A stretch of 64,000 nt of DNA from an uncultured delta proteobacterium (GTDB taxonomy: Bacteria > Desulfobacterota > Syntrophia > Syntrophales > UBA2192). The notes under the pieces are model-generated. The model saw nothing but the letters and a program-made list of their open reading frames with translations. It made no database searches and was not told the origin of the DNA. How positions within the stretch are numbered: position 1 is the stretch's first letter; each line of letters begins with the position of its first letter. Both the position numbers and the translations under genes were made by a program. This document shows, in pieces, positions 48,986-58,155 of this stretch. The stretch is taken from the NCBI GenBank assembly GCA_963705165.1, contig CAVPJD010000008.1:132388-196387 (forward strand), read 5' to 3'.

Positions 48986-49411
48986 TCACCAGTTTTCGGG
49001 CAGGCTGTGCATAAGGCTGTGTGACACCTTGAACTTCCTGATGCGCTGGTGCGCCTTTTCATCGAAGGTAACCCAGCAACCATTCAAATCGGCTGCCAGG
49101 GCGGCATAACAGGCATCATAACCGGTCAGCCCCTTCTTTACGAAGGAGGAGGCACGGTGAGCCAGCTCCGACGTCATCGGCTGGCGGTAGATCCCCCCTT
49201 CCAGGACGGGCATCAGGCACTCTTCGAATACCTCGGTCGCCTTCGGATGAACACGGCAGAGCACGGCATAGACCTCGAAGGCAAACAGCTCGGGAACCGC
49301 AAAAGAACCCGCCTGCTGCACGACGCGCTCCAGCACCGCATCAGCGTTGGGATGGTTCTCCGTTTCGATGAACCAGCGGACTGCAACGGAGGCATCGATC
49401 ACCCAGATCAT
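48986..49411 (-). CDS. PIN domain (VapC-like) toxin
   Basis: VIDASVAVRW, APELF-like segment, LTGYDACYAALA..VTFD. Confidence 0.9.
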   Translation of the reverse strand: MIWVIDASVAVRWFIETENHPNADAVLERVVQQAGSFAVPELFAFEVYAVLCRVHPKATEVFEECLMPVLEGGIYRQPMTSELAHRASSFVKKGLTGYDACYAALAADLNGCWVTFDEKAHQRIRKFKVSHSLMHSLPENW

Positions 49412-49680
49412 TTTTCGTATCCCCTCAGCGCACGCAGGACATCGACACTGGCCTTTCTACCGATCCTTGCGGCCCGGGAAGCCGTGATCCTTGCAAGCAG
49501 CTCTCTTCTCTTCTCCTCGGCCTGATAAACAAGAAAGCGCTGTTCGAACTGCTCGGGGGTGATCATCACGGCCCTGGTCTTCCTGCCCTTGCTGACCAGG
49601 ACGGGCTCCCCCGTCCTGGTCAGCTGATCCAGGATGGTGCCCAGCTTGTTCCGCAACGTCAGGGCATTCACTTCCTTCAC
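49408..49680 (-). CDS. Phd/YefM family antitoxin
   Basis: VNALTLRNKLGTILDQL..GEPVLVSK..AVMI; overlaps the PIN start (ATGA); GTG start chosen from the RBS and promoter position. Confidence 0.85.
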   Translation of the reverse strand: MKEVNALTLRNKLGTILDQLTRTGEPVLVSKGRKTRAVMITPEQFEQRFLVYQAEEKRRELLARITASRAARIGRKASVDVLRALRGYEK

Positions 49681-49706
49681 GGTCACACCTCGCCTGTTTT
49701 TCATTA

Positions 49707-49735
49707 ATCATACTTTCACATACTATACATGTCAA
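49707..49735 (-). promoter_or_regulatory. Sigma-70 promoter of the TA operon
   Basis: Minus strand TTGACA-N17-TATGAT. Confidence 0.75.
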
Positions 49736-49850
49736 GTGTATATATTCATATGCACTTTAACTTGATAAGGCGATGGACGATGCATGGGTGCCACATCTAT
49801 GGCCGCGCTTTTTCACTCATCAAACATATCTCCCCTTCGTTTAATTCCCT

Positions 49851-50452
49851 TTAACCCCTCCCCTCCTCCTCCACCGCTGCGGTCCACTTGTCGGCGAACT
49901 GGATGAGCATCAGCAGGCGGCACTCGCCTGGTGATACTCGAGGTTGGCCACACCGCCATTCACTGGGTAGAGGCCATCATGGGCGACGATGGCCTGGGCT
50001 TCCTCCTCGGTCAGCGGAATGAACCGGCTCACGAGGCACAGCCCCCGCACGGCGGAGTTCATGGCGATGATCTCCGGGTTCACCTTGTAAGCGCGTCCCC
50101 GGTTTCGCACCTCCCACAAATTATCATTCGGCAGATAGTAGGCCTTCCCTGCGCCCCCAACCTTGCCTACGTCATGAAAAAGCGCCGTGATGACAACGGA
50201 TTCCTCACCCAGGTCGGGGGCCAGGAGATACCTGAGCCGAAGGGCCGTCTCCGCCACTCCCACGGAGTGCATCAGCAGCCCGCCCTCGACGTTCATGTGG
50301 TAGCGGGTGCTGGCCGGGCTTGTCAGCCAGGACGTCTCCCCCTCCAGAAAGCCGATGAACTTCCTGAACTCGGCCTGGCGTACGGCCACTTTCTGCTTCA
50401 GCGCCTCATACCGCCCGGAGACGTCAACGCGGGGTATGTCGTTCGTGATCAA
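49851..50452 (-). CDS. HD-domain protein (YhaM/CBF1-like HD), with an apparent 1-nt deletion near 49930
   Basis: SPASTRYH..GGLLMHS, LFHDVGK, AIVAHDG; the expected end ECRLLMLIQFADKW lies in another frame, with its stop at 49851. Confidence 0.8.
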
Positions 50453-50488
50453 TCATGGCTCGATACCTGCTCGGACCTGTCCGGATGC

Positions 50489-50833
50489 TCACTCACGCGT
50501 CGCCTCGCCACCCTGAAGATCGTACAGCCGATGCCACACGTCCTCATAAATCCGTGCCCGTGCTTTCCCCTGCTTCTGCGCCACAGAGTTCTTGAAATTC
50601 GGGTAGTCGATGTCCAGGGCCATCTCCTTCAGGGCCTCTGCGAAGGCCTCGCGCGGGACCCGCACGCGGTACCGGTAATCGGTGTAATCACTCTCTTCGA
50701 TCGCCCCGATAGACGGCAGATAGTGCTCCTTCAAGCTCAGGAGATCCTGCTTCACCCTTGCGCGCACGGTCAGATTTGCCTCCCCCTCTTTTTTCACGAT
50801 GCTGAAAAACCCGAAATTCGTCATGAGCCACAT
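50489..50833 (-). CDS. Conserved hypothetical protein
   Basis: MWLMTNFGFFSIV..TVRARV..DYRYRV..IDYPNFKNSV; GGGGG RBS. Confidence 0.75.
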   Translation of the reverse strand: MWLMTNFGFFSIVKKEGEANLTVRARVKQDLLSLKEHYLPSIGAIEESDYTDYRYRVRVPREAFAEALKEMALDIDYPNFKNSVAQKQGKARARIYEDVWHRLYDLQGGEATRE

Positions 50834-50905
50834 AATTCCCCCCTCGGCGTGCTTATTTTCCAGTATGATTGCAGGCCCGATCCGTTCACATTTCCCGTAT
50901 TGCCT

Positions 50906-51346
50906 TCAGTGCGCCTTCTCGTCGTCACCGCACACGGTTTCGGCCAGCCAACCAATGGGTGTGTCAGCCGGGATCAGGCGGGGGCCGATCTCCTTGTACT
51001 GACCCCTGGTCCGCTCCGTGTCATGTATGACCCGATCATTGCCGTCGTAGTAGACCACACTATTTTGTTTGTAAATCCCCTTCTCGCAATCAATGGCGTC
51101 ATGCGCGAGGGCGTAAGTAACGCCGGCAAGATTCGGCAGAGCCTCCGCCATGGCCGCAGCAATCTCCGGCCTCAGCATCTGCTTTGAGGTTACAGTCACA
51201 AATCGTTCGCCTTTTTTTACGGAGGCCTTGTCGTAGTGAACGGCCCCCCATTTCGTCTCGCCCAGTCTGACCCACTCTGCGGCCGTACCTGCCTGCGCCA
51301 CCGCAATGATCATCAGGAAAATTGAAATGAATGCCACGATCTTCAT
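50906..51346 (-). CDS. Surface-adhesin E-like exported protein
   Basis: Signal peptide; W..LG..YDKASV..IDC..YYDG.D..IPADT..AETVC. Confidence 0.7.
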   Translation of the reverse strand: MKIVAFISIFLMIIAVAQAGTAAEWVRLGETKWGAVHYDKASVKKGERFVTVTSKQMLRPEIAAAMAEALPNLAGVTYALAHDAIDCEKGIYKQNSVVYYDGNDRVIHDTERTRGQYKEIGPRLIPADTPIGWLAETVCGDDEKAH

Positions 51347-51384
51347 GAGCTTTCTCCTGCTGTGAATTTATCCAAACCTCCATG

Positions 51385-52074
51385 CTACTGTCTCCCGTCG
51401 GTGACCCCGCCGGTTTGCAGAATCTCCATGCCGACCTTTTCCCGAATGCCCCAGGTGCACGCAAACACGCGGGCAGAGGGAAAGTCGCCCGGATCGAAGC
51501 GCTGGGCGCCGATCACACAGATGACCTGGCAGGGTGCTTCATTCAGCAATCGCACGGCTTCCCGATACCCGGGCGTATCCAGCGGGGAAGTTATATCCGC
51601 GTCGATCAGGAGGCCCATACCTCCCTGACTGAACCGAAGATGCGAGCTCAGGGTCTCGAGCATACGCTGCCCCAAAGTGGCGGCGGCGCTTTCCGGAGCA
51701 GTAGAAACATCCGCGGTAACGAGCCGGTGACTGATCGAAGGATACATAAATTCGACGGCGATCTGCCCTTCCGCAGCCCCCTCAGATGGCGTTAACGGGC
51801 ACAGAAAACCTCCCATCGGGCTGAGCGCCTGCAGGATCGACCGCAAAATCGTCGATTTCCCCCAGGCCGATCCGACCTCCGTGATGACATTCAGGCCGGG
51901 CAGAAACTCCATTTCCATCTCATCCCAGCAGCCGACCCGGGACAGCCCCAGCCGCCTCACCGCCGGCACCAGCTCGATTGGATTCCAGTCATGCATGTCG
52001 CGTCTCCCGGCCCTCTGGAACATCTCGGGTTCGAAGAGCTCCTGCTGCACATCCCTGCGATTCGATTCCGTCAT
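51385..52074 (-). CDS. Degenerate compact RecF/SMC-type ABC ATPase head
   Basis: EFLPGLNVIT..GKSTIL (Walker A), TLGQR (signature-like), LLIDAD..SPLD (Walker B/D-loop), QVICV. Confidence 0.6.
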   Translation of the reverse strand: MTESNRRDVQQELFEPEMFQRAGRRDMHDWNPIELVPAVRRLGLSRVGCWDEMEMEFLPGLNVITEVGSAWGKSTILRSILQALSPMGGFLCPLTPSEGAAEGQIAVEFMYPSISHRLVTADVSTAPESAAATLGQRMLETLSSHLRFSQGGMGLLIDADITSPLDTPGYREAVRLLNEAPCQVICVIGAQRFDPGDFPSARVFACTWGIREKVGMEILQTGGVTDGRQ

Positions 52075-52101
52075 CCGTTGCCCTCCATTCTCACCACTTT
52101 T

Positions 52102-52138
52102 CACCCTCACCCTGACCCTCTCCCGTCAAGGGAGAGGG
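52102..52138. repeat. BoxC-like palindromic repeat
   Basis: TCACCCTCACCCTGACCCTCTCCCGTCAAGGGAGAGGG; reverse-orientation relatives at 14673-14796. Confidence 0.7.
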
Positions 52139-52153
52139 AAATGAATCTCGAGC

Positions 52154-52327
52154 CTACTCGTCGAAGCCCAGAAGGCCCGCAACACCGATCTCCTCCCTGC
52201 ACGCGGGGCAGAGATTGCGCGGCGTCTCCCCCGCCGACTCCAGGAACAGCTCCCCCAGCGCCTCCGCGGGGCTCATGACCCCCTCGTCCTCGTCGTATTT
52301 CTCCCCGCACTTTCTGCAACGCGGCAT
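52154..52327 (-). CDS. Zinc-ribbon microprotein (57 aa), absent from the ORF track
   Basis: MPRCRKCGEKYDEDEGVMSPAEALGELFLESAGETPRNLCPACREEIGVAGLLGFDE*; CxxC..CxxC; AGGGGG RBS. Confidence 0.65.
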   Translation of the reverse strand: MPRCRKCGEKYDEDEGVMSPAEALGELFLESAGETPRNLCPACREEIGVAGLLGFDE

Positions 52328-52366
52328 GACGCACCCCCTGTCGCATTAAAACCAACCGCCAGGCAC

Positions 52367-53263
52367 TCACTTGATGTTCAGCAGCTTGTCCATCACGGCC
52401 CCGATCTCATCGAACTGCAGGGGCAGCCGGAAATAGGCGTCCACCCCGGCCGCGATGGCCTGCCCCTTGAATTTAGCGTCCTTGAAACCGCTGAGCATGA
52501 CAACGGGCCTGCCGAACATCGTTTTCAAGTACCTCGCGAAATCCATGTGGCCCCGGAACGGCGTGCCGGGTACCCACAGGGTGGTGAAATTTACGACGAA
52601 CAGATGGATAGGCTTTGTGGAGGCAATTCTCAGGAAATCCTCGCTGGAGTCCTGCACGGCCCCCCGGATGTCGAACACGCCGCTGTAACGGGCAACAAGC
52701 CAATCGAAGAAGGTCTGCGCCACGGCATTTCCTTTCGCATCCGCCAGCAGGACGCGCACCCGCGGCAGTCCCTCTTTCCTTCCCTCGGGCTCCATCACGG
52801 CCAGCTTCCGTACCCTGGCCGCGAGCTCCTCGATCTTCACCGGCGCCTCGAGGAAGGCCGTTCTGGGGATTTTCGCAAGCTCGGCGACAAAATCGTCCTG
52901 CACCCACCCCGAGATCACGACGATGCCCGCCCCCTTGCCGAATTTCTGCGTCAGCGACACCAGGTCGGGGACGTACACGAAGGGGATCCCCAGGTTCGTC
53001 GGGATGACGACGTCGAAGCGATTCTTCTCGAACAGGCCCAGCAGCTCCGCCGGGTAGTAGCGGGGGTCGAGCTTGTGCGGCGTGACCTTGATACCCGACG
53101 CAACCAGTGCCTCCGCAAGCACGTCCCTCACTTCGTCCTGCCCGACGACGAGCAGGACCTCTGGCGGACGTGCAGCTTTCGCCGGCTTTTCGGCCTGCGC
53201 AGGTTTCTCCGGCCCTGCCGGCTTCTTGCCCCGCGCCGGAAATTTAAAAATCTTTGCCGTCAT
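52367..53263 (-). CDS. Protein with two atypical (pseudo-)receiver domains
   Basis: IVVISGW..FLEAPVKIEEL and VVMLSG..AGVDAYFRLP; phosphoacceptor Asp and the KP motif not evident. Confidence 0.7.
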   Translation of the reverse strand: MTAKIFKFPARGKKPAGPEKPAQAEKPAKAARPPEVLLVVGQDEVRDVLAEALVASGIKVTPHKLDPRYYPAELLGLFEKNRFDVVIPTNLGIPFVYVPDLVSLTQKFGKGAGIVVISGWVQDDFVAELAKIPRTAFLEAPVKIEELAARVRKLAVMEPEGRKEGLPRVRVLLADAKGNAVAQTFFDWLVARYSGVFDIRGAVQDSSEDFLRIASTKPIHLFVVNFTTLWVPGTPFRGHMDFARYLKTMFGRPVVMLSGFKDAKFKGQAIAAGVDAYFRLPLQFDEIGAVMDKLLNIK

Positions 53264-53303
53264 TGCCCTGAACACCCCGAACCCTTTGCCGTGCCTTAAA
53301 TCG

Positions 53304-53867
53304 CTACTTCCCCTGCTCCGCAGAGCGCTCCATCTCGTCGCCGATCTCGACGGAGACGATCAGCAGGGACGCCTTGCGGCTCCGGTACGAGTAAGACAGG
53401 TGCGCCAGGGCCTTCTCCCCCTCCCACTGGAACTCGTTGCCCGTGGCGGGCACCGGCGGCCCTCCGAACTCTCCGAAGACCATGTTCCGGAAGGGGGCCC
53501 AGTTCTTCCTGCCCTGCGTCGTCAGCTCCACGCCGAAGAGGCGGTCGCGCCAGAACAAAATCCCGATCTCCACCTCTTCGGCTTCCTCCGGCGGCACCTC
53601 CACGCGGTACAGGCACAAATCCGCAAAGCCGTAGACGTCGCAGGCGCTGAACGCAAGCTTCGGGAACTCGCGCACATCGGCCCCCCATTCGACGCATCCG
53701 AGCCCCTTTGCCGGCTCCGAGCCCGGCTTGAAGGGCATGGCCTTCGCCCTCTCTTTCGCGGGTTCGGCCTGCCCGACCCCCGACCCGGCGCTTGCCGGCT
53801 CCATGGCGTAAAGGCCGGCACCCGCGAGCATCAGCACAGCAACAAGCACACAAACAAGAGCTCTCAT
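53304..53867 (-). CDS. Exported hypothetical protein
   Basis: Signal peptide MRALVCVLVAVLMLAG; GAGG RBS. Confidence 0.7.
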   Translation of the reverse strand: MRALVCVLVAVLMLAGAGLYAMEPASAGSGVGQAEPAKERAKAMPFKPGSEPAKGLGCVEWGADVREFPKLAFSACDVYGFADLCLYRVEVPPEEAEEVEIGILFWRDRLFGVELTTQGRKNWAPFRNMVFGEFGGPPVPATGNEFQWEGEKALAHLSYSYRSRKASLLIVSVEIGDEMERSAEQGK

Positions 53868-53933
53868 GATTTCACCTCTCACGATTTCAATAGACACATC
53901 CGGCAACGCGGCATTGTCGAACAAGGACCTGTT

Positions 53934-54134
53934 TCAGTGCACGGTATGTGGCGACATCTCCTCGTCGGGGCCATGAAGGAAGATGTCCATCGCATACCCT
54001 TCCATTTGTGTCCGGCAGGCCGCACAGCAATAGATGACCCCCACTTCCTGGTTCCCTTCCAGGACCCCCACGGGCTCTATCCCCTCCGGCTGCTTGCAAT
54101 GAATGCAGACTCTTTGTTTCCCTTCTTCCGTCAT
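53934..54134 (-). CDS. Small Cys-rich zinc-ribbon protein
   Basis: CIHC..CCAAC; GAGG RBS. Confidence 0.6.
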   Translation of the reverse strand: MTEEGKQRVCIHCKQPEGIEPVGVLEGNQEVGVIYCCAACRTQMEGYAMDIFLHGPDEEMSPHTVH

Positions 54135-54235
54135 GGTTCACCTCTCTTTCTCTCTCGTTGTATTCGAAGGGCCCGGCCCCGGCGCGAAGGGAGGCGATCC
54201 TGCTTCGCCGCCGGGGCCGCAAGAGCCCGTCGAAA

Positions 54236-55217
54236 TCACCCGCGGAACCCCCTCCTGCGGGAGATGCCCGACATGTGGCCCGCCTTCTCGGCCTCGGTGG
54301 TGCGGAAGAAGGCAGAATGGATGAGCGCCTTGTTGTAGACGAGGGCCGAGCCCACAAGGCCCTTCCCCTCGAGGCGGAAGTCCCAGCCGTGGCCCACGGA
54401 CTTGAAGCGCTTGCCCGTGCACGCCAGGGCCTCGGCGATGAAGGCCTGCGGCGCACCCTCCGGGACGATCTGCCCGTCGGCCCCCCTCGACGCGATGGCC
54501 TCCATGGCGTAGCTCTTGATGAGCTTGGGGTGCAGCGCCGCGCAGGCCGACTCGAGCGACACCATGTCCATCCCGGCCACCTTGCCGTCGATGAGGACCA
54601 GAAGGCCCTTCTGCCCGGGCAGGCAGGGAAACTTCCCCAGGTACTCGTCGATGTCCTTCGCCCTGGACTCGAAGGCGTCTTTCATGGCCCCCGTGGGGGA
54701 GGCCACCTCGCTGTCCTTGAGCATCGAAGCAACGTTATCCCAGACGGCCCCCTGGTCGGAGCTGAACTGCCTGCCTGCTTTGAGAGAGGCCGACACGCTC
54801 TGCTTGGTCACCCCTCTCACCCTGTGGGCCGCGATGTGGCCCGAGTCGTCAAAGTGCTCCGACGTGTAGGACCAGCGGCCCATGCTCCGTGCAGCTCACG
54901 GGGATGATCGTCTCGGACTGTCGCCGAAGCAAAATCGTCGTGTTGACGATCCGGTTCTGCTTGGCCCCGGCCAGCTCCTCCCCGTCCAGGATGAGCACGG
55001 CCACCGAGGCGCTGTTGATCACCTTGAGCTCCGGCACGGCTCCCCCCGCGCTCACCTCGGTTACGGCCAGGAATCCCCCCGCCATGGCCTCCTTCATGGT
55101 GAGGTAGTGCGGGCTGCCGTCCACTTCCGAAAAGATCGGGTACACGGCCACGTTGCGGTGCCTCTGCACCCCACCGAATTTGATCCCCTCCAGATGACTC
55201 TTGACTGCCTGATCCAT
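54236..55217 (-). CDS. ARPP-1 (DUF6569) family protein, interrupted by a +1 frameshift near 54880
   Basis: GAVPELKVIN..LILDGEELAGAKQNRIVN..PVSCTEH|GRWSY..DQGAVWD..KLIKSYA; the motif is split at GAG CAT GGG CCG. Confidence 0.82.
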
Positions 55218-55467
55218 AAGCCCCCCTTCCTCCCGCCCGCGCCCCGAAGGCCGGCCGGGAGTTTTTTGATTGTCTGAGGCTATTATCGCCATCCTTTAGT
55301 TATATAAAAGCCCGCCTCGACAGCCCTCTGTCGGGGGAATTCTGGCACTCCCATAAAAAGATCTGCCAACACCCCCATGCATGCGGCACTCTTCGAGCTG
55401 CCGAGGGAGTTCTTGCTCCATGCCGCAAATAATGATAGAAAGATCAGCAGCATAGTGGAGATGCGAT

Positions 55468-55851
55468 GTGAAAAGGGCGATCACTTACTGGCGTGAAGAA
55501 GCACAAGAAGCCTTGCAGGTAGCGGGGCATCTGTTTGAAAAGAGAGATTATTCCTACGCGTTATTCTTCGGACATCTCGCAGTCGAGAAAATCCTGAAAG
55601 CCCTGTATGTCGTAAAAAAGAACGAGCAGGCGCCCCCAATTCATAATCTCGTCCGGCTTGCGGAAGCGGCAGGGATCGCTCTTGATGCGCCGGGAAAAGA
55701 AGCGTTGATCAAGATTACAACATTTAATTTGGAAGCACGCTATCCCGATGAAACGCGCAGTTTCCGGAAGAAATGCACTGAAGACTTTACCCGCGTCGAA
55801 CTAGAAAAGATCAAAGAGGTGTACCAATGGCTGAGCAGACTGATCCCCTGA
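55468..55851 (+). CDS. HEPN domain protein
   Basis: ALFFGHLAVEKILKA, PPIHNLVRLAE, EARYP. Confidence 0.88.
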   Translation: MKRAITYWREEAQEALQVAGHLFEKRDYSYALFFGHLAVEKILKALYVVKKNEQAPPIHNLVRLAEAAGIALDAPGKEALIKITTFNLEARYPDETRSFRKKCTEDFTRVELEKIKEVYQWLSRLIP

Positions 55852-56141
55852 TGAAAACTGTCCGGGAATTCGTCAGGAAGGTAAGCGACAGCGGCATTCG
55901 GGTCGAGGCGGCTTACCTGTTCGGCTCTCATGCCAGAAAGAAGGCGCACAAGTGGAGTGATATCGACATCGCCATCATATCGCCGGATTTCTCGGCCGAT
56001 CGCATCGAAGAAAGAATCCGGCTGACGCGGTTGTCCACCGATGTCGACTCGAGGATCGAGCCTGTCCCCTTTCGGCCCGCCGATTTCATCGATGAGGACC
56101 CGCTTGCCTGGACCATCAGGCGCGAGGGCCTGCGGATCTGA
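55827..56141 (+). CDS. Minimal nucleotidyltransferase (MNT)
   Basis: YLFGSHAR..SDIDIAII; overlaps the HEPN gene. Confidence 0.9.
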   Translation: MAEQTDPLMKTVREFVRKVSDSGIRVEAAYLFGSHARKKAHKWSDIDIAIISPDFSADRIEERIRLTRLSTDVDSRIEPVPFRPADFIDEDPLAWTIRREGLRI

Positions 56142-56154
56142 CCCGCCGCGCTGC

Positions 56155-58074
56155 TCACTGCCGGCCGCTTTTCAGGATCGGCCCCTTTCCCAGGATGTCC
56201 AGGGTTTCCATCAGGCGCCGCTTCCTCGCATGCGCCGCCCTGAGCCCCGCCAGATAGAGCTTCCACTCTTCCTCCCGGCCCAGCTTCGTCAACAGGCCGG
56301 AGAGCTTCCGCAGATAAACGGCCGCTGCTTCGTAGGCGGAGGGCTGGACTTTGGAAATCTCCCATTCGGCCAGCTTTTTCCATAACTCGACGGTCCGGTC
56401 CGGAGCGTAATCCATGACGGCCGTGGCGACCCGATCCATCCGGCCCACGCCGACGGCATCCTCCGGCTTCACGTCGTACCACCGCAGGACCTGGTCGGGC
56501 TGCTTTTCGTGGATCGCGATGTCGATCAGGACATATCGCATGGGCAGCTCTCGCCCGCACGTCGCTGTCAGCGGCGCAAGGCCCGTATCGGGCAGCGGCC
56601 AGTCCTTCTCATCCCATGGAAAGGCCCCGCTCTCGAGAAAGCGCATCAGCCCCTGCCGCACACGGGGCCACAGGTTCTTGCGCTGCGTCGCTTTTCGGCA
56701 GTCCTCGTAGGCCTCCTGCGAAGGCCGCCGCAGGAACTCGTCGACACGCAGGGAGGCCTCTCCCAACCGGTCCCCCTGCTTAATGCGGATCTGGAGCAGT
56801 TGCCCGCGCAGGCTCCAATCGTTGCCGCCCCTTTTCCCCTCGATTGCCTTGATCCCCTCGAACACCCCGGCCTCGGCCTCGGCCAGGCGGCCTGCCTCGA
56901 TCAGGCGCTTCACGAGGCGATCCCGGCTTCCCGTGATCTTCGCCTCCCGCTCGCAGAGCGGTATGATCTCGCCGCGCCTGCCGGATCTATCCAGCGCGTA
57001 GATCACCGTGTCGGAGAGGCCGTCGCGCTCGCGGTTGCGCGACCACTCGTCCTCGGGCCGCGACGGGCTGAAAGCTGCAAGCCGTTGCAGGAGGTCGTCT
57101 GCCACGGCGCTCCAGTCCTTCTTCGCGTGGGGCCGCTCGAGGAATTTTTCAAGGGGGAAGAACAGTTCGTGGCTGTCGCGGTCAAGCATCCCCAGGACCC
57201 ACAGGATCTTCCCGGCAACCGGCCGCGGCGAACGTTCCAGGGCCTTCCCGACCAGCTCCGCACAGTCCCCGATCTCCCGGCCCGTCTCCCCCTCGTCGTA
57301 GCTTTCCTCCGCTTGCCGGGTCGCGGCCGCAAGCAGCTCCTCCGCCAGGCCCAGCACCTCGTCGGCACAGCCCGCTTCGAGCAGGGCCGCAAGCCCGCTG
57401 CGCACGCCGGAGTAGTCGGGGAAATCGCCGTAACGACTCCAGCGATCCCGCCACCCGGTCTCTGTGGCAGCCTCCCGGATCTTGAGGCGCACGTTGCGCA
57501 CCAGGGCCCCGGTCTTGCCCTGCGAGAGGGCCTTCCGATCCTCCAGCTCCGCCCGGACCGCCGGGTGGCGCTCGGCGATGCCCCGGACAAGACGCGCGAG
57601 TTCCTCCCGGCTCATTCCAGCAAGAAACGAATCGAGCCCGCCGCCGCGGCCCCCGGCAGGAGTTTCCTCCTCTTCGTCCATCCCGGGCTCTTCGTCCTCA
57701 TCGTTGTCCATCTCAAACTCGTCAAACCGCTCGTCGTCCGCGCGCGCCCGAGGCACCGGGGTTCCCTGTTCCAGGCACACCAGGTACTCCAGCACGACCG
57801 CGACGGCATGCTTGCAGGCGCCCTCGAAGGGGCAAGTGCACGCCGACCGGAGATTCCCGCCGGAATCCCGGACAACATGCGTGGCATACCGCACGGAGCC
57901 CTCGACCCAGGCGATCAACCCGCCCTCGGACGTCCTGACCAGGGCCACCACGGAGCCGTCGCGCTGATACTCCCGACCCCGCCCGACGATTTTGCCCCCG
58001 GCCCAGCGGTTCAGGTCCGCCCAGCCAAGGTCGGCGAAGGGGTCCGCCTTCTTTCGTTTCTCCGTCATGCCCAC
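56155..58074 (-). CDS. SWIM zinc-finger protein with a helical repeat body
   Basis: RGREY..V.G..Y..CTCP..CKHAVAV SWIM motif; C-terminal H.RKRRL. Confidence 0.88.
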   Translation of the reverse strand: MGMTEKRKKADPFADLGWADLNRWAGGKIVGRGREYQRDGSVVALVRTSEGGLIAWVEGSVRYATHVVRDSGGNLRSACTCPFEGACKHAVAVVLEYLVCLEQGTPVPRARADDERFDEFEMDNDEDEEPGMDEEEETPAGGRGGGLDSFLAGMSREELARLVRGIAERHPAVRAELEDRKALSQGKTGALVRNVRLKIREAATETGWRDRWSRYGDFPDYSGVRSGLAALLEAGCADEVLGLAEELLAAATRQAEESYDEGETGREIGDCAELVGKALERSPRPVAGKILWVLGMLDRDSHELFFPLEKFLERPHAKKDWSAVADDLLQRLAAFSPSRPEDEWSRNRERDGLSDTVIYALDRSGRRGEIIPLCEREAKITGSRDRLVKRLIEAGRLAEAEAGVFEGIKAIEGKRGGNDWSLRGQLLQIRIKQGDRLGEASLRVDEFLRRPSQEAYEDCRKATQRKNLWPRVRQGLMRFLESGAFPWDEKDWPLPDTGLAPLTATCGRELPMRYVLIDIAIHEKQPDQVLRWYDVKPEDAVGVGRMDRVATAVMDYAPDRTVELWKKLAEWEISKVQPSAYEAAAVYLRKLSGLLTKLGREEEWKLYLAGLRAAHARKRRLMETLDILGKGPILKSGRQ

Positions 58075-58155
58075 CCCCTCGATCGATCCGTTTTCCCTCA
58101 GGCTGCCCTGAGTATCATCCCCGTAACGGGGTAACCGGCAGCAGGCCCCCGCCGC

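Noticed and set aside
56509..58134. 541-aa ORF antisense to the SWIM gene (likewise 5266-6150, 34782-35822, 36898-38010, 49931-51187)
   Set aside because: Opposite-strand shadows of better-supported genes.
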